64,000 nucleotides of DNA from Gammaproteobacteria bacterium (GCA_045106935.1 JBGCFN010000036.1:2678-66677); one strand, 5' to 3'. Positions 39,370-47,172 are shown, numbered from the stretch's first letter. Translations and numbers: made by a program. Notes: generated by a model not told the origin, from the letters alone.

Positions 39370-39840
39370 ATGGAAAACCCAAAATTTGCTCCAAAAATGA
39401 CCGGTGTGGCACTTGCATTAGCGGCGGCTGGTATCATTGGCGGTTGCCAAACAACGACTGAAACCACTGAAGCGGCGGCGGCATCAAGCAATACCACAGA
39501 TTTAGTCCATTGCTATGGCGTTAATGTTTGCAAAGGCCATAATGATTGTGGCACTGCAGATAATTCATGTGGCGGTCAAGCATCTTGCAAAGGAAGTGGA
39601 TTCGTCGCTATGCCTAGTAAAGCATGCGGAGATGTTGGCGGCACAATCAAAGATGATTTTGTTGGTGAAGTTGCTAAAACAGACCTAATTCATTGTTATG
39701 GCGTCAACACTTGCAAAGGTCACAATGATTGTGGCACGTCTGAGAATGCCTGTGCAGGCCAAGCAGCATGCAAAGGTCATGGATTTGTCGGGACAACTGA
39801 AAAATCATGTGCAGATATTGGCGGCGAAGTAGGCGCATAA
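39370..39840 (+). CDS. bufA: Secreted 12-Cys tandem-repeat protein, a candidate bufferin-type (6/12-Cys class) RiPP precursor.
   Basis: Signal peptide MENPKFAPKMTGVALALAAAGIIGGC. Two 48-aa modules follow the pattern DL[VI]HCYGVN.CKGHNDCGT..N.C.GQA.CKG.GFV.....C.D.GG. Sits directly upstream of DUF692 and DUF2063 genes. Confidence 0.75.
   Translation: MENPKFAPKMTGVALALAAAGIIGGCQTTTETTEAAAASSNTTDLVHCYGVNVCKGHNDCGTADNSCGGQASCKGSGFVAMPSKACGDVGGTIKDDFVGEVAKTDLIHCYGVNTCKGHNDCGTSENACAGQAACKGHGFVGTTEKSCADIGGEVGA
39499..39825 (+). repeat. Intragenic tandem duplication (two 6-Cys modules, 183-nt period).
   Basis: Module 1 is 39499-39642 and module 2 is 39682-39825. All 6 Cys positions are conserved. 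DNA identity is roughly 80% by eye. Confidence 0.8.
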
Positions 39841-39861
39841 TTAAGCATCGACCCTAAAAAA

Positions 39862-39888
39862 CACGGGAAGTGCTTTGCATTTCCCGTG
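39862..39888 (+). terminator. Intercistronic hairpin between the precursor and the MNIO gene (possible attenuator).
   Basis: CACGGGAA / TTCCCGTG stem, 11-nt loop, weak T tract (ATTT). Confidence 0.4.
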
Positions 39889-39903
39889 ATTTAAAGAAAT
39901 AAA

Positions 39904-40731
39904 ATGGATAATAATTTTCTAGGATTTGGCGTAGGCTTGCGCACCGATCATTATCAGCATGTGGTCGACAACCAACCCGATGTTGATTGGTTTGAAGTGA
40001 TCTCCGAAAACTTTATGGTCGCGGGTGGCAAACCTAAATATTTTCTTCACAAGGTAAGAGAGCACTACCCTGTTGTAATGCATGGCGTATCTATGTCTAT
40101 CGCTAGCACCGATCCATTAAACATGGATTATTTGAAAAAATTAAAAACGTTATCTTCTGAAGTACAACCAGAATGGGTATCTGATCACCTGTGCTGGACT
40201 GGCGCAGAAGGATTAAACAGTCATGACTTATTACCTGTTCCCTACAATGATGAAGTAATCACACACATTGTTGACCGTGTACAACAAGTACAAGAAATAT
40301 TAGGAAGGGCATTAGTCCTTGAAAATGTCTCTAGCTATCTCACTTATAATCAATCAGAGATGGAAGAATGGGAATTCATTAATGCTATCGCTGATCGTTC
40401 TGGCTGCAAAATACTCCTAGACATTAACAACATATATGTCAGCTCACGCAATCATGATTTTTGCGCGCAAACATTTTTACACGCTATCAAGCCAGAACAT
40501 ATTCAACAATTTCATTTAGCTGGACATAGTGATTATGGAGACTATGTAATTGATACTCATGATCATGATGTCCCGCCTGCTGTATGGGACTTGTATGCCG
40601 ATGCAATTAAGAAGTTTGGCTTAATCAGTACATTAATTGAAAGAGATGACAATATTCCACCTTTTGAAGATCTGCATTCTGAAATGCAACATGCTCGTGA
40701 TATTGCACAACAAACCTTAGCCACCGTTTAG
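39904..40731 (+). CDS. bufB: DUF692 / UPF0276 multinuclear non-heme iron oxidative (MNIO) enzyme, BufB/MbnB/HvfB-like.
   Basis: GFGVGLRTDHY, WFEVISENFM, HGVSMSI, SDHLCW, LLPVPY, LVLENVSSY, CKILLDINNIYVSSRNH, FHLAGH, IDTHDHDV, TLIERDDNIP. All are canonical DUF692 blocks. Confidence 0.9.
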   Translation: MDNNFLGFGVGLRTDHYQHVVDNQPDVDWFEVISENFMVAGGKPKYFLHKVREHYPVVMHGVSMSIASTDPLNMDYLKKLKTLSSEVQPEWVSDHLCWTGAEGLNSHDLLPVPYNDEVITHIVDRVQQVQEILGRALVLENVSSYLTYNQSEMEEWEFINAIADRSGCKILLDINNIYVSSRNHDFCAQTFLHAIKPEHIQQFHLAGHSDYGDYVIDTHDHDVPPAVWDLYADAIKKFGLISTLIERDDNIPPFEDLHSEMQHARDIAQQTLATV

Positions 40732-40736
40732 GCACT

Positions 40737-41519
40737 ATGATGCAAGACTTGCGTCTCTTACAGTCAGATTTAATTAATTTTCTTATTCGTAAGAAAGGCA
40801 GAGTTGATGGTTACATTACTGACGGTGGACCTATAGATAAACAAACTCGTCTCGATATTTATAGCAATGCTTACGCACTGCGCTTGAGAGGTGTGATTGA
40901 TACTGACCATGAGATCTTGAGTTATTATCTGGGTGATGAATTATTTGATCAATTAGTTGATGGCTATATTCAGACCTACCCCTCTAATCACACTTCTTTA
41001 AGAGATTATTGCAGTAATATCCCAAATTACTTAGAAACAAATGCTCCGTTTAAAGATCATCCAATCATTGCTGAACTAGCACGTTTTGAACAAACCTTAT
41101 TATTTGCTTTTGACGCCAATGATGCAGACACTTCAAATATGCTGGATCTAAATAAGCTATCGCTTGAAGATTGGCCTAATATTAAAATTCGTTTTCATCC
41201 AAGCATGCAACTGTTCGAATGCAGCTACAATTGCGTTGATACTTGGCAAGCACTTAAAAAACAGACAACGCCACCAGCCGCACAAAAAATTGAGTATGCC
41301 GCTTGGGCAGTGTGGCGGAATAAACAAAAAATAACTGAATTCAGATCTCTTGATATTAGTGAGCTAACATCAATCAAAACTTTTTTGAAAGGCGGGTCTT
41401 TAAGCGACGTGTGTGAGCAACTTCTCTTACATCATCCTGAAGACGAAGTGAGCAAAGTGGCTGTGACTTATTTATCAGACTGGCTAAACCGCCATCAAGT
41501 TTCTTTAATTATCACCTAA
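40737..41519 (+). CDS. bufC: DUF2063 protein (MNIO partner, BufC/MbnC/HvfC-like).
   Basis: RLDIYSNAYALRLRGVIDTDHEIL..YLGDELFDQLVDGYIQTYPS...SLRDY...ELARFEQTLLFAFDA, the DUF2063 pattern. Lies 5 nt after bufB. Confidence 0.8.
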   Translation: MMQDLRLLQSDLINFLIRKKGRVDGYITDGGPIDKQTRLDIYSNAYALRLRGVIDTDHEILSYYLGDELFDQLVDGYIQTYPSNHTSLRDYCSNIPNYLETNAPFKDHPIIAELARFEQTLLFAFDANDADTSNMLDLNKLSLEDWPNIKIRFHPSMQLFECSYNCVDTWQALKKQTTPPAAQKIEYAAWAVWRNKQKITEFRSLDISELTSIKTFLKGGSLSDVCEQLLLHHPEDEVSKVAVTYLSDWLNRHQVSLIIT

Positions 41520-41527
41520 CAAATAAA

Positions 41528-41899
41528 CTATTTATTTTCCTGCTCTGAAATTGCAACGAGCACGTCTATCATTTCTGCCGCTTCACCAATATATGGTGCG
41601 ATATGTATCTTCACGTTATCGTACTCTTTTTGCTTTAGGTTCACGATTTCTGGAACGTCTTCATGAACATGACGACCTGCAGACAAAAAATATGGTAGCA
41701 CTGTGACATCTGTTGCTCCATTTTGCACCAGGCTATCAATACCCTCGGGAATAGAAGGTTCTGCCAATTCTAAGAAGGCATGGGATATATGAGCATAATT
41801 TCCTTTTACTTTTTCGCCCAACGACTTCGCTACCACGGCAATTTCTGCATTGGACTCTGCTCGGCGACTACCATGTGCAACTAATAACAATGATTTCAT
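41528..41899 (-). CDS. cbiX: Short CbiX/SirB-type sirohydrochlorin chelatase.
   Basis: LLVAHGSRRAESN, LELAEPSI, PYFLSAGRHV, 123 aa. Confidence 0.8.
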   Translation of the reverse strand: MKSLLLVAHGSRRAESNAEIAVVAKSLGEKVKGNYAHISHAFLELAEPSIPEGIDSLVQNGATDVTVLPYFLSAGRHVHEDVPEIVNLKQKEYDNVKIHIAPYIGEAAEMIDVLVAISEQENK

Positions 41900-42013
41900 A
41901 AATTTATAGCCTGTAGATGTAGAAATGATTCAATGAAGACATTCAATCATCTGGACGCTTGTGGGACAAGCTTAAGATTAGTCTTAGTTATACAGAAGAT
42001 AAACAGTGGGCAT

Positions 42014-42044
42014 AAAAAAACCCGCAGTAATAAATTACTGCGGG
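42014..42044 (-). terminator. Rho-independent terminator of the PilZ gene.
   Basis: CCCGCAGTAA / TTACTGCGGG 10-bp stem. T7 run on the minus strand. Confidence 0.75.
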
Positions 42045-42152
42045 TCAGCTTCAGAAGGAGAGAAACTACGGTATTAATTATAGATTGAAGGAGAGAAATT
42101 ACTTTACCCATTATCGGTCGAAAACGACCGTTTATGAGGTTTCAGAGATATT

Positions 42153-42473
42153 TTATCTAATACTAGCGGAACTGGCGTTATTCGCCTCACCTCGACGTAA
42201 TTGATCGGCCTTATAAGTGACCATCGCCACACCCTCATTATCTATTCTGATGACAATGCCAGACATTCTTTGCATATCTCGAATAGTGCCGTTTTCACGC
42301 ACTATAATGACTTCTACGCGTCGTCCTTTCTGCAAATCATGCTCGGCAGGCAACTCTATAAATAAGCCACCATCGCTGAAATTCCCTTGTTTTGATTTCA
42401 ACGTGGGTTTTCCTGTACGCTTTATAATCACTTCACCGTCAATCGGTTCGCGTGGGCTACGTGGATAATGCAT
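42153..42473 (-). CDS. PilZ-domain protein (c-di-GMP binding).
   Basis: RSPRE (RxxxR) and NFSDGG (D/NxSxxG) motifs, 106 aa. Confidence 0.7.
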   Translation of the reverse strand: MHYPRSPREPIDGEVIIKRTGKPTLKSKQGNFSDGGLFIELPAEHDLQKGRRVEVIIVRENGTIRDMQRMSGIVIRIDNEGVAMVTYKADQLRRGEANNASSASIR

Positions 42474-42637
42474 ATAAAATTCCGGTTATTATGTCTATAT
42501 AAGCCAATTTCACCCTTTAGCAGGGTCTACTCACAGGCTACTATAATTACTCAATGAGACCGTTGATATTCCGATAATACTCCCAGAAACAAGCTTATTC
42601 GGTCAGCCACACACAGCCGGAATATTGAGGATAGTGT

Positions 42638-42970
42638 CTAAGCTTCCAACCACTGTCTAAAGGCTTTCCAGCCAGAATCTAGAATCTCGATGCCATGACG
42701 ATCAGCACTTGAAAAATGGCGCCGAGTAATCAAAAAACTCACATAGGGAATTTGATAAAACAGGACGGCCAGCAACATGAAAGCTGCACCAATCCAAAAT
42801 GAAGCGTTTTCTAGTGTGACTGTTTGGGTATACCAAAAATATGCTGACACAACGATTAGAATGACAACTAAACTAACCGTAATGGAACGATTAGTGGCTA
42901 AAAAATAGTTTTTTACGTCTGTGGCAGTGTTGGTCATAGTGTTTGCTGCAAGTGCACAAAGTTTGTTCAA
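42638..42970 (-). CDS. Two-TM hypothetical membrane protein.
   Basis: Hydrophobic segments VSLVVILIVVSAYFWY and WIGAAFMLLAVLFY. No family recognised. Confidence 0.45.
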   Translation of the reverse strand: MNKLCALAANTMTNTATDVKNYFLATNRSITVSLVVILIVVSAYFWYTQTVTLENASFWIGAAFMLLAVLFYQIPYVSFLITRRHFSSADRHGIEILDSGWKAFRQWLEA

Positions 42971-43051
42971 TATAGTATTCTAACGAACTTGTAAGATTAC
43001 ACTATATATCTTTGGTCTAATGTTTATTAACGTTGTTATATTTAGTGTCGT

Positions 43052-43558
43052 ATGAATTTATCTAAATCACGAAGAAATTTTTTGTTAGCTGTAGTGGGCT
43101 TTGCTGGTTTTGTATACTTACAAATACTGTCCGGTAAGAGCAAACAATTGTATACCGCAGCAAGCGACATAAAAGTATTAGAGCTTAGTGATAAAGAATG
43201 GCAACAAAAACTATCTGAAAACGCTTATTACGTTCTAAGAAAAGGTAAAACTGAAGTTCGTCGATCAAGCCCCTTAAACAAGGAATGGAGAACTGGTGTT
43301 TACTTATGTCAAGGCTGCGATTTGGACTTATTCAATTCAGAAATGAAGTATGAGAGCCACACAGGTTGGCCTAGTTTTAATGATCATATCCATGGCCACC
43401 TAGTGACCTATACGGACTTATCAGCTATACCTCCCCAAAGAGCTTATAAATGTGCACGCTGTGGTGGACATCATGGGCATTTATTTATGGATGGGCCTTT
43501 ACCTAAAGGAGAACGTTGGTGTAACAATGGGGTTGCGTTACGCTTTGTGGCTACTTGA
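43052..43558 (+). CDS. msrB: Peptide-methionine (R)-S-oxide reductase MsrB with a twin-arginine signal.
   Basis: Tat motif SRRNFLLAV. SelR motifs CQGC, GWPSF, CARCGGHHGHLF, RWCNNG. Confidence 0.9.
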   Translation: MNLSKSRRNFLLAVVGFAGFVYLQILSGKSKQLYTAASDIKVLELSDKEWQQKLSENAYYVLRKGKTEVRRSSPLNKEWRTGVYLCQGCDLDLFNSEMKYESHTGWPSFNDHIHGHLVTYTDLSAIPPQRAYKCARCGGHHGHLFMDGPLPKGERWCNNGVALRFVAT

Positions 43559-43604
43559 ATATGTGAGTGAACTTCAAGAAATGGAAGTTATTGGTTTGAT
43601 ACTA

Positions 43605-43799
43605 TTAACTAGTGACGAACATGACTAGTAAACCTAGACTGACCACTAGGTAAATGCTTAAGCCAAACGTTAGCTTGTTACGTTTTTGTTGATCAACTAT
43701 CAATGCACCAGACTTCAGCTCTTGAGAACGCTCGAAGCCACTAAACATGACGAGTAATCCGGCAAACCAAGCAACGATGACCGCACTTGTTAACAACAT
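43605..43799 (-). CDS. Small two-TM hypothetical protein.
   Basis: ORF plus hydrophobicity only. Confidence 0.3.
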   Translation of the reverse strand: MLLTSAVIVAWFAGLLVMFSGFERSQELKSGALIVDQQKRNKLTFGLSIYLVVSLGLLVMFVTS

Positions 43800-44448
43800 A
43801 AAATCCCCTGCTTTAACTACGTTAAATTACGCATTTAGATTATCATAGCGCCCCAAAAGGCAATGTGATCGGATTAACGTTTTCTACTTAGTTTTTAGAT
43901 AGATAGAAGAGTTCATAGCAACTAATTATAGGATAAAATACGCCAAAATTTTCGTATCTTATTAATAGATGGTGAGTTTTTCTTGGCAAACAATCAATGT
44001 AATATTTCAATCAAAAAATTAATTAATTTATGAAACATATAAATATGAAAATTGATTCAATCATTCACACATACGCGAGCACAATTAAATACACTTTAAA
44101 TCAGGCAAAATATTTCCGTCATAACTCACAATAGCGGAGTTCGCATCATAAAATATTCTGTTGTCACCGATGACTGAGAGATGAGTAACTTGGTCAATGC
44201 TTAGCCTCTGATTTTCATACAGTTCTTAGCAACCACTCGTATCTGTCATTAATCAAGTTCTAGTCACGGCAATATGAGCATCATTAGATCCATTGAAACA
44301 GCCAATCTAACGACAGAATGAGGTCAATTGGCTGACTAAGTTTGCCTATAATTGCGTTAGTGATACTATCCCCCACGTTATCGATTCATCTATAAATATA
44401 GATAAAAAATAATAATAACGACATAAATTAAACCAAAAGGAGTATGCG

Positions 44449-45633
44449 ATGATTAAACCGCATGGAGGTGACAAACTCACCCCACTATACGTGGAAAACG
44501 ATGAGCAACGCGCAGCATTACTAACAGAAGCAGAGACGCTACCCAAGTTACTTGTCAATTCTGCCACCGCTGCGAATGCAGTGATGCTTGGCGCCGGATA
44601 TTTCACTCCATTAGCGGGATACATGACTAAAGCAGATGCCATTTCAGTTGCCAATACTATGCATACTAGTAGCGGTCTTTTCTGGCCGACTCCTGTATTA
44701 AACTTATGTAAAGATGTATCTGAAATTAGCGGGCATAATCGAATTGCGTTACTCGATCCAAATGTCGATGGTAATCCAGTCGTTGCTATTCAAACGGTCG
44801 AAGCGATTGAAGAGCTTAGTCAAGACGAGTTAGATTTAATCACCGAAAAGGTCTACGCGACAAAAGATCCAGACCATCCAGGTGTTGCAACGTTTACTTC
44901 ACTCGGTAATAAAGTAGTGTCCGGGCCTATCGAAGTACTGAACTACAGTTATTTTGAAACAGAATTTCCTGGCACATTTAGAACGGCCGTGCAGATTCGT
45001 GCTGAAATTGAAGAGCGTGGTTGGAAAAAAACTGTTGCCTTCCAGACTCGAAACCCTATGCATCGTGCTCACGAAGAATTATGCAAGATGGCTCAAGAGT
45101 CTACCAATGCTGACGGTGTTCTCATCCATATGTTGTTAGGACAATTAAAACCTGGCGATATTCCTGCTCCAGTACGTGATGCCGCTATTCGTAAGATGGT
45201 CGAATTATATTTCCCACCTAACACGGTCATGATCACTGGCTATGGATTCGACATGCTTTACGCCGGCCCTAGAGAGGGAGTTCTGCATGCAGTATTCAGA
45301 CAAAATTGTGGCTGCACTCATTTCATTATTGGTCGCGATCATGCCGGCGTGGGTGATTACTATGGTGCGTTTGATGCACAAACAATTTTTGATGATCAAG
45401 TACCTGAAGGCGCTTTAGAGATTGAAATATTCAATGCTGATCATACTGCTTATTCTAAGAAATTAGATAAAGTTGTCATGATGCGAGATGCCCCTGATCA
45501 CAGCAAAGAAGATTTTGTATTGCTTTCTGGTACCAAGGTGCGTGAAATGTTAGCTGCAGGTGAAGATCTTCCAAAGGAGTTTGCAAGACCCGAGGTGGCT
45601 AAGATATTAATGGAGCATTATCAAAATAGTTAA
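44449..45633 (+). CDS. sat: Sulfate adenylyltransferase (homo-oligomeric ATP sulfurylase).
   Basis: FQTRNPMHRAHEEL, IIGRDHAGVG, AAGGAG SD. Confidence 0.92.
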   Translation: MIKPHGGDKLTPLYVENDEQRAALLTEAETLPKLLVNSATAANAVMLGAGYFTPLAGYMTKADAISVANTMHTSSGLFWPTPVLNLCKDVSEISGHNRIALLDPNVDGNPVVAIQTVEAIEELSQDELDLITEKVYATKDPDHPGVATFTSLGNKVVSGPIEVLNYSYFETEFPGTFRTAVQIRAEIEERGWKKTVAFQTRNPMHRAHEELCKMAQESTNADGVLIHMLLGQLKPGDIPAPVRDAAIRKMVELYFPPNTVMITGYGFDMLYAGPREGVLHAVFRQNCGCTHFIIGRDHAGVGDYYGAFDAQTIFDDQVPEGALEIEIFNADHTAYSKKLDKVVMMRDAPDHSKEDFVLLSGTKVREMLAAGEDLPKEFARPEVAKILMEHYQNS

Positions 45634-45639
45634 CCCATA

Positions 45640-45672
45640 AAAAAAGGCGCATCTGAAAAAGATGCGCCTTTT
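45640..45672. terminator. Bidirectional rho-independent terminator.
   Basis: AAAAAAGGCGCATC-tgaaaaa-GATGCGCCTTTT. Confidence 0.75.
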
Positions 45673-45688
45673 AATTTTTACTGCCTTT

Positions 45689-46396
45689 TTAAATAAAGGT
45701 CATCAAAGAAGAATTTAACTTTGCTTCAAATATCTTTAAGGATTCTTCATCTTCAGATAATAGCGCTAATGTCCCCTTATTAGTGCCCAATAAAACACCT
45801 TTGAAAAAATGATCGCTAAAGTGAATATTCTTTTCACCATCTAAAGCTTCAGGGAAAACTATCAAGGTAACTGGTGCATTCTCACCTGCAAAAACAATAT
45901 GCACACCGACTTTATCTTGAATCACACAATTTCCTGCATGCGTCGCATAACCGATATTTTCATCTGCTCGCACACCATGAGGTTTCAGCAACTGATTTAA
46001 GCTTTCTAAAGTGACATGGCCTTTGTCCTCCAACACCCACAACTCTTCATGTGCATGCTCCAAAATTACATCGGCAATAGCTGGAGATGTATTAAATGTG
46101 GATACAATCGACACTGCAAACACCAACATGACACTGGCTGCAATTGCACTCCAACGATATTTTTGGACGCCAGTTTTTTTCTTATGCAGATTATGCTCAA
46201 CCAAAATGCGAGACGCTAAGCCTTCTGGCACATCTACGTCGACAGCTTTCTTAAGTACTGAATTAAACTTAAGCTGTTTCTCATAAAAAGATTTACACGT
46301 TGAGCAATTTGAAAGGTGCTGAACAAACGCCGCATCCTTGTCTTTAATGTCAGTTGTTATTTTGCGTCTTGCCGCTAAACAGTTCATATCATCCAT
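45689..46396 (-). CDS. Anti-sigma factor (DUF3379-like, zf-HC2 N-terminus, single TM).
   Basis: HLSNCSTCKSF Cys cluster, TM WSAIAASVMLVFAVSIV. Lies 2 nt downstream of the ECF sigma gene. Confidence 0.7.
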   Translation of the reverse strand: MDDMNCLAARRKITTDIKDKDAAFVQHLSNCSTCKSFYEKQLKFNSVLKKAVDVDVPEGLASRILVEHNLHKKKTGVQKYRWSAIAASVMLVFAVSIVSTFNTSPAIADVILEHAHEELWVLEDKGHVTLESLNQLLKPHGVRADENIGYATHAGNCVIQDKVGVHIVFAGENAPVTLIVFPEALDGEKNIHFSDHFFKGVLLGTNKGTLALLSEDEESLKIFEAKLNSSLMTFI

Positions 46397-46398
46397 AA

Positions 46399-46956
46399 CT
46401 AAATTGAGACCTCTTGAGTCTCGTCCTCTTCCAATAACTTTCTTAATTTCTGTCTGGCTCTAAAGACTCGCGTCATGACGGCACCAGGTTTAGCATCAAT
46501 TATCGTGGCAATTTCATTACAAGAATAGCCCCCAATAACTTGTAGCACCAATGGTTCAGCATAAGAGGCTGGTAACTGGCGTAAGGCTGCACGAACAGCC
46601 ATGTTATCTACATTGGCAAAATCATCTTCGACTGTCGCAAATACTTCGACCATTTCATCATCAAGCGTCGTTAATTCTGCTTGAGCACTTTTTTTCTCAA
46701 AACGGCGAGCATTTTCACGCCGCAGTATCGTGAATAGCCAACTTTTTGCCGCTTTTGCATCGTTGAGAGAATCAATCGCTCGCCAAGCACGTAAAAATGT
46801 CTCTTGTACGAGGTCTTCAGCAATCGCCGCATCCTTACTCAACCAATATCCATAACGATAAAGATCTTTCGAATAGGCATGCACCATGGATTCAAATCCC
46901 TGCTCTTTTGTATTCATGTCTACTAGACCCAACTTTTCTGTACTTTCTTTCACCAT
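46399..46956 (-). CDS. ECF-type RNA polymerase sigma-70 factor.
   Basis: Region 2 DLVQETFLRAW. Region 4 EIATIIDAKPGAVMTRVFRARQKL. Confidence 0.9.
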   Translation of the reverse strand: MVKESTEKLGLVDMNTKEQGFESMVHAYSKDLYRYGYWLSKDAAIAEDLVQETFLRAWRAIDSLNDAKAAKSWLFTILRRENARRFEKKSAQAELTTLDDEMVEVFATVEDDFANVDNMAVRAALRQLPASYAEPLVLQVIGGYSCNEIATIIDAKPGAVMTRVFRARQKLRKLLEEDETQEVSI

Positions 46957-47172
46957 TTAAGCGATTTTATCGGTTAATTTCACATAAAATGACATAGTTA
47001 GCTTCCATTTGTAATAATTTTTACAGAATAAAGTCAATCGTACAGTGTTTATCTAGTACATCCAGACATTCTTGCTAGGTCCAGTTTCTTATACGTAGTA
47101 GAATTGCACAAGATAAAGTATGTGCTTAATATAGGCATAAATAATAACAGTATTTTAATTGAGGTATTTTTC

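Noticed and set aside
39273-39461. 62-aa track ORF overlapping the start of the Cys-rich precursor.
   Set aside because: It is in a different frame from the signal-peptide-bearing 39370 ORF, has no SD and shows no sensible protein features.
42087-42152. Possible plus-strand mini-ORFs behind the two AAGGAG-containing repeats.
   Set aside because: There is no ATG, GTG or TTG at a suitable distance from either SD-like motif. The region is more simply the 3' UTR of the minus-strand PilZ gene.
44346-44654. 102-aa minus-strand ORF overlapping the sat start.
   Set aside because: It overlaps a confidently assigned sat N-terminus and its SD, and its composition is low-complexity Ala/Ser.
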